Source: Caldisericia bacterium (GTDB taxonomy: Bacteria > Caldisericota > Caldisericia > JAAYUI01). From it: 64,000 nt of DNA. This document shows, in pieces, positions 19,744 through 30,903 of this stretch (positions are counted from its first letter, which is position 1; each line of letters opens with the position of its first letter). The translations under genes were made by a program, and so were the position numbers. The DNA lies in NCBI GenBank assembly GCA_963674785.1, contig OY771555.1:1536001-1600000 (forward strand). The letters run 5' to 3'. Below the pieces are notes generated by a model. That model ran no database searches and was not told where the DNA came from. It saw nothing but the letters and a program-made list of their open reading frames with translations.

Positions 19744-22700
19744 ATGAAGAAGGTATTATCCGTACTTATTGTCTTTTTGATGATTATAATTATGGTTCCG
19801 TTTCAACCGGTTGAAAATGTCCAGGCTTCAGGAAATGTTATTTCGTACGTATATCTGGCTGGAACTACAACCGAGGCGATAGCAATTGCCAGAACAGGCG
19901 GTAACCAGATTCAGTTTGTATATACGCTTGCTCAGGAAGCTATAGCACAGCAGCACGATGATACAGCAACTCTCAGTTGTATTGCACCGGAGGCAGATCG
20001 TCTGCATGGTGTAAAAATCGTTATTCCAAATTATTTCCCACTACCATCACTTGATGCAACTGCTGAGGGTTATATTGATTTTACAGGTGGTTCAATTACA
20101 CCAAGTCCTGTCAGAATCGATAACAGAACGGTCTACGCATATTTCCCGACTGGAAGTATTGGTGATACAATAGTTGTTACATATGGTAATGCTACCACTG
20201 GTATTGTGATGCCTGACCGACCAAATAGATACAGTTTTTCATTTGGTGCAAGGATTTCAACCACTGAATGTACATATTGTCCTGGAAACATGAAAGACTA
20301 TTCCTCCGCAACGACTGGATTTCAGACAGTTTCACCTACCCCTCAAGTATATGTTATGACAAACATGACTCCTGCAACCCTCACATTTGATCCAAACACA
20401 GAGCTTACTAATTCAGAACTTACCGTAAACTTTGTGCTTGGAGCAGGTGAAGATCGTTCACTTTTTGCCGGTGACATCATCAGAATGCAACTTGACTATG
20501 ATGCTGCAACTGCTGCCTTTGTTGTTGATGCTGGTGCGGGTCTTCTTCCGAGAACCACGCAGGTTCCACTTTCAATCAATAAGGATTATGTGAAAGTAAA
20601 TGGTTCAAAATGCTCGGTTAGTCCGACGGTAACCATGATGGGTTCAGGCAACTACCAGATTGATGTATTTATTCCGAGAGACATCAGATGTACAAACACA
20701 ACAGGACGAGCTGTCTCGATTGTCTTTGATAAATCAGCTGGGATCATCAATGGTGCCGGTGCACCATTTGAGAGAAATGCACTGATTCAAACTCTCAGGG
20801 GAAGCTTAGTTCATGTTGAACCAAATCCTGATGTGACAGACGGTGTTGTTGATGGATTCCTGACATCTACTGCTTACAGGATTGGGTCTCAGGTTACCTC
20901 TCCCGCAGTAACTGTCATTTCAAATCAGGTTGAAGAAAATGCAGTTTACTATATTGGTGCAATCTCAAACCCTGGTGCATCCCCTCCATATATTATTCCT
21001 GCCTGCGGAACCCAGGGGTCGCTTCAGATTGGTGGAAATGGAACTCTGCTTGCAAATGACGGAACAATTACTGTTCAGTTCCCAGCAGGAACTGAAGTTC
21101 CAAGTTCAATGTCTCCAGGTTCAATAACAGTTGAAAACATCACAACAGGCTCTGGTCCAAATGTTGTCAGTTCAGTCCCTCAGGTTTCAAGTAACAAAGT
21201 AACCATGAAAACACCTATAGATATTAATCCAGGTGATTGTATCATGATTACTTTCCTGAAAAGTGCGCATATTGTGAACCCATCTGTTGGAAAAGATGAT
21301 TATTATCTGAATGTCTGGACAAGTGCAGAACCAACAGTTATCTCATCCATGCTTTATTCAATTGTTAACCCTGGATGGGCTGTTGTAAACGTTTTACCTA
21401 ACATATCGTTTACAGATGGTGCTGGATTCCCACCAGGACAGTCAGGACTCGGTATCAATGAATGTTCAGAACATTACCAGCTCAATGACCCTGCTGGTAA
21501 CCCAACACAGGGAGCAAGATACACAATTCAATTCTCACTTACAGAGGACTCAACAGTTCCAGTTGGCGGTTTTATTGATTTGATTTTTGATCCTGCTTAT
21601 TCAGCACTTATTGGTCTTGTAAACCTTGCAAGCCCACAGTTTATAACTGTTAATGGTGTCTCTTGTACAGTTGCTGCGGTTACCTCTGTACCAAACAGAG
21701 CAATCAGAATAACAACTCCAGTTGTACTTAATCCAAGTACACAGGTTACAATCACACTTCAAGAAGGCTTCCAGCTTTATAACCCAGACCTCTATGATGA
21801 AACAGAATCGTTCAACATCAATATTGATTATCTACCACTTGGTGCTGTTGGTGCAGGTGGGTTTGATGTTATTTCTGAACCTTACATGCTCAAGTGTGAG
21901 GTAAGCAATGTCAATTACACTGTTGGTCAACAGGCTGTTCAGACAATAACAGACTGGTGGATTGATTTCTGTCTTGGTGATGTTGGCGATAACACATTCC
22001 TCGGAACATCAAATCTTCTTCCTGGTGATACCATTTCCATCATGTTCCCTGAAGGTTCATATGTTCCATCTGGAATAATTCCATCTGGTTCGATTCAGAT
22101 TATGGATATGTCTATCCCACCTGGCCCTCCATGGCCAACATATTCTGTAACAAGTGCATATTTTGATGAAAATGTTTTAATTTTAACAGTTCCATCTGGT
22201 GCAGCATTTACCGAAAACTCAACACTTCAGATATTTGTTCCTCAGAGTGTTGGAGTTAAAACCCCAGAGGATCCAACATGCATGTCAGTTGGTGTTCGAA
22301 CATCAAAAGAAACAACATGGGTACAGAGTAATCCAGTTTGTGTCGGAACAACTGTAAAAGATGTTGGTGTGATTGCCTCTCCAAACACATCTGAATCGAT
22401 CAATGAAAATTGTGCCCCTGCATCGTCAGAATACACAATTAGATTCAGAAATGGAAGCTATGGTGCGCTTTCTCCTGGTAACTTTATTTCACTTGCAATA
22501 CCTGCAAATCCTGTAAATGCTGGTACAAACTCAGTTGGGTTTGACATTGATATTGACGATGACTCAGCAATTGGTGCAGGTGATGATATTGCGATGGGCA
22601 ATATCCTTCTAAATGGTATTCCAAATACCACTGCTTTAACGTGGTATGACCGATTTGATGGATACTACTACATCAACATTCCTGTTCAGACTTATATTGC

Positions 22701-25700
22701 TGCTGGCTCACTCATTCAAATTATTATTCTCAATACTCAGGGAATAAGAAACCCAAGAATTGATAAAACCCCTTCACAGTATATGTTTGAGATGAGAACA
22801 ACAACTGAACCAGCTTGGGTAAAATCACTTCCATTTGATATTATCACAAAGATATGTATGGATTGCGAAGATTTTGAACACACTGTATCTTTTGCAGGAT
22901 ATTCAATAATCAATATGGATTCAGCAGAGGTTTGGGATATTGGTTTTAGTATTCCAAGTATTATTGCGGGTGTTCTTGGAGGACTTGTTGCTGGAACTGA
23001 TACTATCACAATAGAGTTCCCTGCTGATGTAAGTCTTCCATCATATATTGATCCAGTATCAGTTTTTGTTGGTCCTCCTGGAGGGTTATTACCATGTAGC
23101 AAGGTTGTAGTCAGTGGACAGAAACTCATCATTACGACGCCATATACATTTACAACTGGTGATAACGAGGTCAGGATACAAATTGCTGAAAATTCGGGAA
23201 TTCTAACCCCATCAACACCTGGAGACCACACTCTCAATATTTGGACATCTCAATTGACAACATCGGTTATTTCTTGTCCGTTTACTGTTCGCGCACGAGG
23301 AATGACACCAGCAATAGTTACTCCGTTAACATCGATTGCAGGTGCGCCAAATACTGAGTACACAATCAAATTCAATGTTGGTCAATATGGTGCCTTATCG
23401 ATTGGTGATACAATCACTCTAGCTTTCTTTGAAGACAACCTAGGAGCACCAATTGCAACTGACATCAACATTGATTTTGGTGGCTACTCAATTCCAGCAG
23501 ATTTTGTAAAGATTAATGGTGTGTCTTGTTCGCTTCCTATCGAGTATACCGAGGATATTGCAGACCCATATAATCTCACAATGATTATTAGGACTCCTAT
23601 TGCGATTCCACCAGGTGGTGAGGTTGAAATCGTTCTTTCGACAGACTGTAGAATAACAAACCCACCATATCCATCTTCACCAAGTACAAACGATGCTCCT
23701 CCTATTGTGGGTGAACCGGGTGAATATCTTGAAAGAGAAGACAGAGACTACTTTGTCGATATTTTCACAAACAAGGAAATTACACCGGTCAGGTCCCTTG
23801 AGTATGAAATAACTCCTGCAAATATCTGTACCAGACCTGTAACTATAAACGATCCTTGTATGACAAGTGCAACAGCTGATTATACAATTTCATTCTATAC
23901 ACATAGAGAGCTGACTCAGTCTGTTGATAGCATTTTCTTGAGATTCCCCGAGGGATTCTATTTGCCAAATAGAATAGCTCCAAATCTTATAAGGGTTAAC
24001 GGCTACCTTTGTACTGATCCACCAACAATTGATGACTATTACCTAACAATTCTCGTTCCCGAGACTATTCTTCAGTATGATAAGGTTACAATTGAATTTG
24101 ACTCATCGCTAGGTTTACAAAACCTTGATCGAGAGGGTCAACACTTGATGAGGGTTTCAACTAGACAGGGAGGGACACCTCCGCCAAATGCTTGGATAAG
24201 CGATTACTTTACGGTCTGTGAGAGAAGAGAAATCTGTCATCTTACGATTTCAACATCTGTTGGAAGGGTTCAGGAAGTAACCGTTCCACAGGGTGGAACA
24301 ATGGATTTCACAGCAAGTGCCTTTGATTGCACAAATGTCGCGATTAGTAAAGATGTCAAGTATTCATGGATGTTTGTCCCAGATTCAAGCTCATATTCAA
24401 TAATTGGTCACATTAGCCCACTTGAAGGAACCTATACTACATTCACAGCCGGAGAAATGGGAGATGGCACATTGTACTGTTATGCGACATACGGTAATAA
24501 AACCATCTCAAATTCCGTTAAGATAAAAATCTCAGGAGAAGCTTCGAGTTTGATTATATCTCCTGGTGGACCAATGACTCTCATAAAGGGTGATTGCTAT
24601 ACGTATTCAGCTCAACTTTATGATAACAATGTACCTCCTCATGCAATTACATCTGGTGTTACATACTCTTGGGAAGTTACAAATCCAAATGTTGCAACTG
24701 CCGCTCCTGAAAGCTCTCAAACGACACAACTATGCCCAACAGCATCTGGTGCCGGAGCAATTGTTTGTAAAGCTTACTATAATGGTAATGAGGTTGTTGC
24801 AAGATCAGACTTTACTGTTAAGGCCGGAATATATGCCCTTAGACCAATTCCGACAGATGATCTTGGTCAACTACGTGTTGGTCAGGTTTCAAACGAACTA
24901 ATGTTCGAACTTATGGATGAGTATGGTGCAGCAGCACTTGCGAAGGAAAGTTTCAAAGTAGTTGTTGAATCTACTTCGCCAACTTCAAGGTTTACAACCA
25001 ACAAAATTGATTGGACAACAACCAACAAGATTGAACTTGAAATTGTTCAAGGCTTTTCAAGAACTCAACCTTTCTATTTCTCAGATTCAGCGTTAGGTAA
25101 CGTATCCATCACCGCTTCCGCAACAGATATAGTTTCTGCGAATATGAGGGTTAGAATGATGGGGCCTACGTCCACAATCACGTTTACAAATCCATATCGT
25201 GTGACTTCTGCGAGTTCGCCGACTGATAAGATGACACTATCTCTTGTTGATGAATATGGAATGATTTCTCCTCCAAATTCTGATATTACTGTTCAAATGA
25301 CAGCACACTTGATTGTTAATGGTTCAATTTCATCTCAGGCTTCATCAACAGGCGAATTCTCATTGTCAGATGTAAGCTGGTCACCACTTCCAAGTGGTAT
25401 GTTAACCATGAAGTCTGGTCAACAGAGTATTGATTTTTACTACAAAGATAGCATGAAGGGTACATATGTTGTAAAGGCTACAACAATCTTTAATGGAACT
25501 GCCACCCAGACACTCGAAGTTACTGATGAAACCGGAGTCGAGGGAAATTTGATTGTTGAAGTGCAAAGACCAATTGCTGGGGTTGATTCAGATTATCTCA
25601 TCGAGTTTAGAACCGGGGGTGGTGGATCAATGAGTGCTGGCGTTGGACACATCTATTTACAATTCCCAGTCGGGACAACAATTCCCGGTTTTGCAAAATC

Positions 25701-27942
25701 TGACATTACAATCAATGGAACACCGTGCCAGCAAACTCCAATAGTTGATACCACTACAAACTCTGTTGATATTGTTACTCCGGTTACTATTGGTCCAAAT
25801 ACCGATGTCAGAGTGATGGTACCAAGGATAATAAATCCACCTGAGGGAACGTATTCCATGCAGATTTGGACATCATCTCAGCCAAGAGTGGTACCATCAA
25901 AAGTCTACGAAATTGGAGTTTCAACGGTTTCTGATTTGAAGGTTTCTGTTGTCCCGAATTCGGTTGGGCTTGCCGGTGAATACACAATAACATTTAAAAC
26001 TGGGCCATCAGGTCAGCTTGCAACTGGTGCAACAATAACAATTCAGTTCCCTGTTGGTACAGTTATTCCTGCTGCAATCAGTGCTGATAAAATCGCTGTC
26101 AACGGTGTCTTGTGTACACAGATGCCATTTGTCCAGGGACTTCAATTACAGATATACAATCCAATGCCAATTCAAGCATCTCAGGATGTTGGAATAACAA
26201 TTGATGATACCGCAGGCATCAAAAATCCAGTTATTGCAAAAGCGGACTACACACTTAAGCTTGCCACAGCCTCAGACTCGAAATTTGTTGACTCAACTCC
26301 ATTTGAGATAACACAGGTTTCAACTCTACAGAATGTAAAAGTGAAGGTTACTCCACCAACAATAAACAAAGCTGCAAGATATGAAATTACATTCCAGACA
26401 GGGCAGAACGGTGCTCTTCTTGCTGGTGATGTTATCAGTATTCAGATGAATGACCAGACATTACCAACTGCAATTCCAAAACTCTATGTCTCTGTTAATG
26501 GTGTAAACCCATCATCAGATGTAATTGTTAATGGTAAGCGCCTTGAGATAAAGCTTGCTCAGGGAATTGCTGCAGGTCAGAATGTTGTCCTTATTATTGA
26601 ATCACAAGCTGGTGTCAGGAATCCAGTGACTCCAGGAAGTGACTATAGAATCTCACTGTTTACAAACAAAGAACCATATGCTGTAACATCAGAACCTTAC
26701 TCAATTGAGAGTGAGCTTGTTGTTTCCTATAGCGTGTCTCCATCTGAACCAAATGGTTCAAGAGGTTGGTATACAGTTCCACCAACAATCACACTCAAGT
26801 GTAATGTTTCCGCAAACATCCAGTATCGATACGAGGGTGACAGTCAGTATCAGACATACAATGGGCCTTTCACAATCACAAAAACTGGTCAGGTTGTAAT
26901 CTATTATAAGGCTACGAGTCTCACATCAGGCACTGAATCGCTCGAGAAGGATATTGTGATTAAGTACGATCCAGGCAAACCTGAGGTCACTTTGCCAGAA
27001 TTCACAACAGATGACAAAATACAGGTCAAGGACAGTTCTTACCGAATCTGTGGTTCAATTTCTGATGCCTCTGATGTTGAACTCACAATGAACGGTTCTC
27101 CTGTTTCACTCAATAGTGATGGAACTTTCTGTGTGAATGTTGCGCTTGTATCTGGTGATAACAAGTTTGAGTTCTGTGCAACAGATTTTGCTGGTAATGT
27201 TATCTGTAAAACAATTACGGTTGAGAAAAAAGATAAACCTCCAGTATTGATCTTTGATGAACCCGCCTTCATGGCAAGAATCTCAGAGACCGAATTCCCA
27301 TATGATAGTGCGACAAACCATTATCAGTTGAAGGTGACTCTTCATATCAAGGGCTCAACTGAAGAAGGTGTCGGTGAAATAATAATCACACCAAAAACAG
27401 TTGCAGGCGAATCACAGAAATTGACGGTTGGAGCTGACGGAAAATTCGAAGGAGACTTGACCTTTGATGCTGTCGGTGGTCTCAACAACTTTGAAGCTGT
27501 TGCAACAGATGCACTTGGAAATGTTGCTGTTTCAAGTCTTAAGCCTGTTGTATCTATAGATTTCAGGTTACCGATTGACTCAACAACATCGACTCTGAAC
27601 GGTGATAGTGTTACGCTTCTTTCGGCACCATACATCAACAGCGGAAGAACTATGGTTCCATTCCGAGTTATGGGTGAGGCGATTGGTGCAACAATTGGAT
27701 GGGATGGCAATACAAGAACCGCAAGCTTTACTCTCGGAACGACAACGATCAAGCTTACAATCGGCAGTAAAACTGCAACAGTTGTAACTGATGGACAATC
27801 AAAGACCGTTACGATGGACGTTGCGGCCGAAATTAAGAACGGTTCGACAATGGTTCCATTCAGATTTGTTGCAGAAAACTTCGGTGCATCAGTTACCTGG
27901 GATTCCGCAACAAGGACAGCAAGGATGGTTTATCCGAAATAG
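19744..27942 (+). CDS. Giant exported repeat protein (2732 aa), paralogue of the upstream gene, with C-terminal stalk domain
   Basis: AGGAGG SD and signal peptide MKKVLSVLIVFLMIIIMVPF...VQA. About 11 copies of the same module, then Ig-like domains, an SPSEPNGSRGWY domain, and C-terminal APYINSGRTMVPFR...IGWD / NGSTMVPFR...VTWD. Confidence 0.85.
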   Translation: MKKVLSVLIVFLMIIIMVPFQPVENVQASGNVISYVYLAGTTTEAIAIARTGGNQIQFVYTLAQEAIAQQHDDTATLSCIAPEADRLHGVKIVIPNYFPLPSLDATAEGYIDFTGGSITPSPVRIDNRTVYAYFPTGSIGDTIVVTYGNATTGIVMPDRPNRYSFSFGARISTTECTYCPGNMKDYSSATTGFQTVSPTPQVYVMTNMTPATLTFDPNTELTNSELTVNFVLGAGEDRSLFAGDIIRMQLDYDAATAAFVVDAGAGLLPRTTQVPLSINKDYVKVNGSKCSVSPTVTMMGSGNYQIDVFIPRDIRCTNTTGRAVSIVFDKSAGIINGAGAPFERNALIQTLRGSLVHVEPNPDVTDGVVDGFLTSTAYRIGSQVTSPAVTVISNQVEENAVYYIGAISNPGASPPYIIPACGTQGSLQIGGNGTLLANDGTITVQFPAGTEVPSSMSPGSITVENITTGSGPNVVSSVPQVSSNKVTMKTPIDINPGDCIMITFLKSAHIVNPSVGKDDYYLNVWTSAEPTVISSMLYSIVNPGWAVVNVLPNISFTDGAGFPPGQSGLGINECSEHYQLNDPAGNPTQGARYTIQFSLTEDSTVPVGGFIDLIFDPAYSALIGLVNLASPQFITVNGVSCTVAAVTSVPNRAIRITTPVVLNPSTQVTITLQEGFQLYNPDLYDETESFNINIDYLPLGAVGAGGFDVISEPYMLKCEVSNVNYTVGQQAVQTITDWWIDFCLGDVGDNTFLGTSNLLPGDTISIMFPEGSYVPSGIIPSGSIQIMDMSIPPGPPWPTYSVTSAYFDENVLILTVPSGAAFTENSTLQIFVPQSVGVKTPEDPTCMSVGVRTSKETTWVQSNPVCVGTTVKDVGVIASPNTSESINENCAPASSEYTIRFRNGSYGALSPGNFISLAIPANPVNAGTNSVGFDIDIDDDSAIGAGDDIAMGNILLNGIPNTTALTWYDRFDGYYYINIPVQTYIAAGSLIQIIILNTQGIRNPRIDKTPSQYMFEMRTTTEPAWVKSLPFDIITKICMDCEDFEHTVSFAGYSIINMDSAEVWDIGFSIPSIIAGVLGGLVAGTDTITIEFPADVSLPSYIDPVSVFVGPPGGLLPCSKVVVSGQKLIITTPYTFTTGDNEVRIQIAENSGILTPSTPGDHTLNIWTSQLTTSVISCPFTVRARGMTPAIVTPLTSIAGAPNTEYTIKFNVGQYGALSIGDTITLAFFEDNLGAPIATDINIDFGGYSIPADFVKINGVSCSLPIEYTEDIADPYNLTMIIRTPIAIPPGGEVEIVLSTDCRITNPPYPSSPSTNDAPPIVGEPGEYLEREDRDYFVDIFTNKEITPVRSLEYEITPANICTRPVTINDPCMTSATADYTISFYTHRELTQSVDSIFLRFPEGFYLPNRIAPNLIRVNGYLCTDPPTIDDYYLTILVPETILQYDKVTIEFDSSLGLQNLDREGQHLMRVSTRQGGTPPPNAWISDYFTVCERREICHLTISTSVGRVQEVTVPQGGTMDFTASAFDCTNVAISKDVKYSWMFVPDSSSYSIIGHISPLEGTYTTFTAGEMGDGTLYCYATYGNKTISNSVKIKISGEASSLIISPGGPMTLIKGDCYTYSAQLYDNNVPPHAITSGVTYSWEVTNPNVATAAPESSQTTQLCPTASGAGAIVCKAYYNGNEVVARSDFTVKAGIYALRPIPTDDLGQLRVGQVSNELMFELMDEYGAAALAKESFKVVVESTSPTSRFTTNKIDWTTTNKIELEIVQGFSRTQPFYFSDSALGNVSITASATDIVSANMRVRMMGPTSTITFTNPYRVTSASSPTDKMTLSLVDEYGMISPPNSDITVQMTAHLIVNGSISSQASSTGEFSLSDVSWSPLPSGMLTMKSGQQSIDFYYKDSMKGTYVVKATTIFNGTATQTLEVTDETGVEGNLIVEVQRPIAGVDSDYLIEFRTGGGGSMSAGVGHIYLQFPVGTTIPGFAKSDITINGTPCQQTPIVDTTTNSVDIVTPVTIGPNTDVRVMVPRIINPPEGTYSMQIWTSSQPRVVPSKVYEIGVSTVSDLKVSVVPNSVGLAGEYTITFKTGPSGQLATGATITIQFPVGTVIPAAISADKIAVNGVLCTQMPFVQGLQLQIYNPMPIQASQDVGITIDDTAGIKNPVIAKADYTLKLATASDSKFVDSTPFEITQVSTLQNVKVKVTPPTINKAARYEITFQTGQNGALLAGDVISIQMNDQTLPTAIPKLYVSVNGVNPSSDVIVNGKRLEIKLAQGIAAGQNVVLIIESQAGVRNPVTPGSDYRISLFTNKEPYAVTSEPYSIESELVVSYSVSPSEPNGSRGWYTVPPTITLKCNVSANIQYRYEGDSQYQTYNGPFTITKTGQVVIYYKATSLTSGTESLEKDIVIKYDPGKPEVTLPEFTTDDKIQVKDSSYRICGSISDASDVELTMNGSPVSLNSDGTFCVNVALVSGDNKFEFCATDFAGNVICKTITVEKKDKPPVLIFDEPAFMARISETEFPYDSATNHYQLKVTLHIKGSTEEGVGEIIITPKTVAGESQKLTVGADGKFEGDLTFDAVGGLNNFEAVATDALGNVAVSSLKPVVSIDFRLPIDSTTSTLNGDSVTLLSAPYINSGRTMVPFRVMGEAIGATIGWDGNTRTASFTLGTTTIKLTIGSKTATVVTDGQSKTVTMDVAAEIKNGSTMVPFRFVAENFGASVTWDSATRTARMVYPK

Positions 27943-27968
27943 ATTGTCCACACAGAATGAATACTTTC

Positions 27969-27997
27969 AAAAAGGGGATCATTTGATCCCCTTTTTT
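27969..27997 (+). terminator. Rho-independent terminator after second giant gene
   Basis: AAAAAGGGGATC-ATTT-GATCCCCTTTTTT. Confidence 0.9.
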
Positions 27998-28050
27998 GTT
28001 ATATAAATTATTTTATTTTTATTTACTTTTCACAATTAAAATCAAACTTA

Positions 28051-28079
28051 TTGCTTTTGTGTCAAAAAACTTGTAGGAT
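28051..28079 (+). promoter_or_regulatory. Putative sigma70 promoter of tldD-pmbA
   Basis: TTGCTT, 17 nt spacer, TAGGAT; AGGAGG SD downstream. Confidence 0.45.
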
Positions 28080-28106
28080 ATAAGAGGATTAAATAAGGAG
28101 GCTAAC

Positions 28107-29546
28107 TTGAAAAAGCATATTGAAAGAGCTCTACAAAAGGCAAAAGTTGCTGGAGCAACCTATGTTGATGCAAGGATACTCAAAACCCAAGATGAAAGGA
28201 TTGCAACTAAGAACGGTGTTCTTGACAATCTTTCATCAAATGAATCAAAGGGATTTGGTATCAGGGTAATTGCCGATGGTGCCTGGGGATTTTCATCTTC
28301 ATCGGTAATTAATGATTCTGAAATTGACAAAGTAGCGCAGGAAGCCGTCGCAATTGCGAAGGCATCTGCAAAAGTAAAACATGAACCTGTAAAACTCTCA
28401 CCAGTCGAGGCATATGTTGACGATGTAAAATCACCTGTAAAAGATGATCCGAAGGATATCCCAATCTCAGATAGAGTTAAATTCGCTCTTGATTGTGATA
28501 AAACCATGAATAAAGATGGTATTGTCAGTAGATCAACAAGGCTTTTTAATAGACATGAAGACAAGTGGTTCGGTTCATCTGAAGGTTCAATGATCTATCA
28601 GGAGGATGTTAAGGTTGGAGCAGGATATACTGCCATTGCATCGAATGGGAAAGAAGTTGCGCAACGCTCATATCCGGCATCTTTTGGTGGTGTTTATTCC
28701 AGAGATGGCTGGAATTACATTGAAAAATACAAATTGATGGAAAATGGCGGACGAATTGCTGATGAGGCAGTTCAGATTCTTTCTGCTAAACCATGTCCAC
28801 AGGGCAAAAAAGATATTGTTATTGAAGGTTCTCAGCTTGCGCTCCAACTTCATGAGTCAATTGGACATCCGGTTGAACTTGATAGAGTTTTTGGAACAGA
28901 GGCTGCTTTTGCTGGAAAATCTTTTGTAAAACCCGAAATGATGAAAGATTTCAGATATGGCTCAGATATTGTAAACATTACAGCTGATGCCACAATCCCT
29001 CACGCTTTTGGTGGTTTTGCATATGACGATGATGGTGTTAAGGCTCAAAGGGTATTCATCATCAAAGACGGAATCTTCCAGAGGTTTCTCGATTCAAGAG
29101 AAGATGCTGCAAAACTAAATATGGCTTCAATGGGTGCAAACAGGGCATCATCATGGAGTAGAATCCCAATTGTCAGAATGGTTTCAGTTAATCTTGAACC
29201 TGGTAACTCAACATTCGATGATTTGATTAAAGATGTTGAAGATGGCATCTATCTTTCAACTGTTCTTACGTGGTCAATTGATGATATGAGACTCAACTTC
29301 CAGTTTACAACAGAACTTGGTTGGGAAATCAAAAATGGGAAACTTGGTGAGATGGTCAAGAGACCTACCTATACAGGAATCAGCTACGATTTCTGGAGAT
29401 CATGTGATGCAATTGGTAACAAAGACCTGTGGGATGTCTGGGGTGTGCCAAACTGTGGTAAAGGTGAACCAATGCAGCTTATGCATGTCTCACATGGTGT
29501 TTCGCCAGCACGATTCAGACAAATCCAGGTGGGGGTGGGATCATGA
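28107..29546 (+). CDS. tldD: TldD family metalloprotease subunit
   Basis: GFGIRVIADGAWGF, HESIGH metal site, CGKGEP and VSHG motifs; TTG start after AGGAGG. Confidence 0.93.
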   Translation: MKKHIERALQKAKVAGATYVDARILKTQDERIATKNGVLDNLSSNESKGFGIRVIADGAWGFSSSSVINDSEIDKVAQEAVAIAKASAKVKHEPVKLSPVEAYVDDVKSPVKDDPKDIPISDRVKFALDCDKTMNKDGIVSRSTRLFNRHEDKWFGSSEGSMIYQEDVKVGAGYTAIASNGKEVAQRSYPASFGGVYSRDGWNYIEKYKLMENGGRIADEAVQILSAKPCPQGKKDIVIEGSQLALQLHESIGHPVELDRVFGTEAAFAGKSFVKPEMMKDFRYGSDIVNITADATIPHAFGGFAYDDDGVKAQRVFIIKDGIFQRFLDSREDAAKLNMASMGANRASSWSRIPIVRMVSVNLEPGNSTFDDLIKDVEDGIYLSTVLTWSIDDMRLNFQFTTELGWEIKNGKLGEMVKRPTYTGISYDFWRSCDAIGNKDLWDVWGVPNCGKGEPMQLMHVSHGVSPARFRQIQVGVGS

Positions 29547-30847
29547 AATTGACAGATGTAGCAAAAAAAGCTCTTAGTGTCGCAAATGGTGATAAAGTTG
29601 ATGTCATTGTGACAAAATCTGAAGAAGCTCTCACAAGGTTTGCAAATTCTTACATCCATCAGAATGTCAAGCAGACCAATGGAATGGTGAGAGTCCGAGT
29701 TATCAAAGATGGTAAAACTGGGATAGCTCTTACAAATTCTTTTGATGAAGAATCAGTTATTGATTGTGCAAAAAAAGCAAACGAACTTGCAGACCTTGCA
29801 GTCAAAGATCCTCAGGAATTTGAGCTTCCTGGGAAATCTGAATACAAGTCTATACCTGTACCCGATGAAGCAACAAAAAAGCTTTCTCCAGACCAGAGAG
29901 CTGATATTGTTGCAAAAATGGTGAGTATTGCAGATAAGGATAATCTTAAGATTGCGGGACAGGTTTCAAATAGCTGTGATAATTTCTGTGTTGTCAACAA
30001 CAATGGTGTTGAAATTGAACATGAAGAGGTGTCTTCAAAAGTGAGTATCACCGCAATGTCAGAAGACTCTTCTGGTCAAGCTGATATGACTGCACCTAGA
30101 ATTGGTGATATCAACGCTGAAAAATTAGCCACTGAAGCTTGTGGAAGAGCTGTGCAAGGAAGAAATCCTATTTCAATAGACCCTGGTGATTATGAAGTTG
30201 TTATGCTTCCATATGCAACAGCCGAGTTTTTAAGATACATGATCTATACTGGTTTTTCAGCAGAGAGTGCTGACTCAAAAAGGAGCTGGGTAGACCAAAA
30301 TATGGGTAAGAAAGTCCTTTCGGATAAGTTGACGCTTATTGATGATCCTTTCCATCCCATGGGAACTCAAAGCTTTGCTGATGCCGAAGGGTACCCAAAA
30401 GATAGTCTGATGCTTGTTGAAAATGGTATTCCAAAAAACATCGCCTTCAATAGCTATTTTGCAGCAAAAATGGGCAAAAAAAATACTGGACACGCAACAG
30501 GCGGTTGGGGACCAATGCCTATAAATGTCACAATGAGTCCTGGTAAAACATCCGTTTTTGATATGATAAAATCTGTAAAAAAGGGAATTCTTATTTCAAG
30601 ATTCTGGTACACAAACATAATGGATCCTATGACAGTTCAGCTCACAACCATGACAAGAGACGGACTTTTCCTGATTGAAGATGGAAAAGTAACCAAGGGT
30701 CTTAAGAATATGAGAATCACTGATAAGGTTCTCAGGGTTTATGATGGAATAATTGATGTTGGTGATGAACTTATTAACACTGATGGAATTATCGCCCCAG
30801 CAGTCCATCTTAAGAGTTTGAACTTTTCTGGTAGTACGAAGTATTAG
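29543..30847 (+). CDS. pmbA: TldE/PmbA family subunit
   Basis: LTRFANSYIHQN, DDP...DAEG and TRDGLFLIEDG motifs; no HExxxH; ATGA-coupled to tldD. Confidence 0.9.
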   Translation: MKLTDVAKKALSVANGDKVDVIVTKSEEALTRFANSYIHQNVKQTNGMVRVRVIKDGKTGIALTNSFDEESVIDCAKKANELADLAVKDPQEFELPGKSEYKSIPVPDEATKKLSPDQRADIVAKMVSIADKDNLKIAGQVSNSCDNFCVVNNNGVEIEHEEVSSKVSITAMSEDSSGQADMTAPRIGDINAEKLATEACGRAVQGRNPISIDPGDYEVVMLPYATAEFLRYMIYTGFSAESADSKRSWVDQNMGKKVLSDKLTLIDDPFHPMGTQSFADAEGYPKDSLMLVENGIPKNIAFNSYFAAKMGKKNTGHATGGWGPMPINVTMSPGKTSVFDMIKSVKKGILISRFWYTNIMDPMTVQLTTMTRDGLFLIEDGKVTKGLKNMRITDKVLRVYDGIIDVGDELINTDGIIAPAVHLKSLNFSGSTKY

Positions 30848-30877
30848 GTATAGAGCTAGTTATTACAACAGAAAGGG

Positions 30878-30903
30878 AGGGGGGCTGATAGCCCCCCTTT
30901 TTT
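30878..30903 (+). terminator. Terminator between convergent pmbA and murF
   Basis: AGGGGGGCT-GAT-AGCCCCCCT followed by a T run. Confidence 0.85.

Noticed and set aside
5381-27942. Diversity-generating retroelement or recombination cassettes acting on the giant genes
   Set aside because: No reverse transcriptase or recombinase in the window, and no near-identical DNA repeat pair was noticed; the repeats are evident only at protein level.
28107-30847. TldD/PmbA as maturation protease for the giant proteins
   Set aside because: It is separated by a strong terminator, has its own putative promoter and no signal peptide; only adjacency supports the link.
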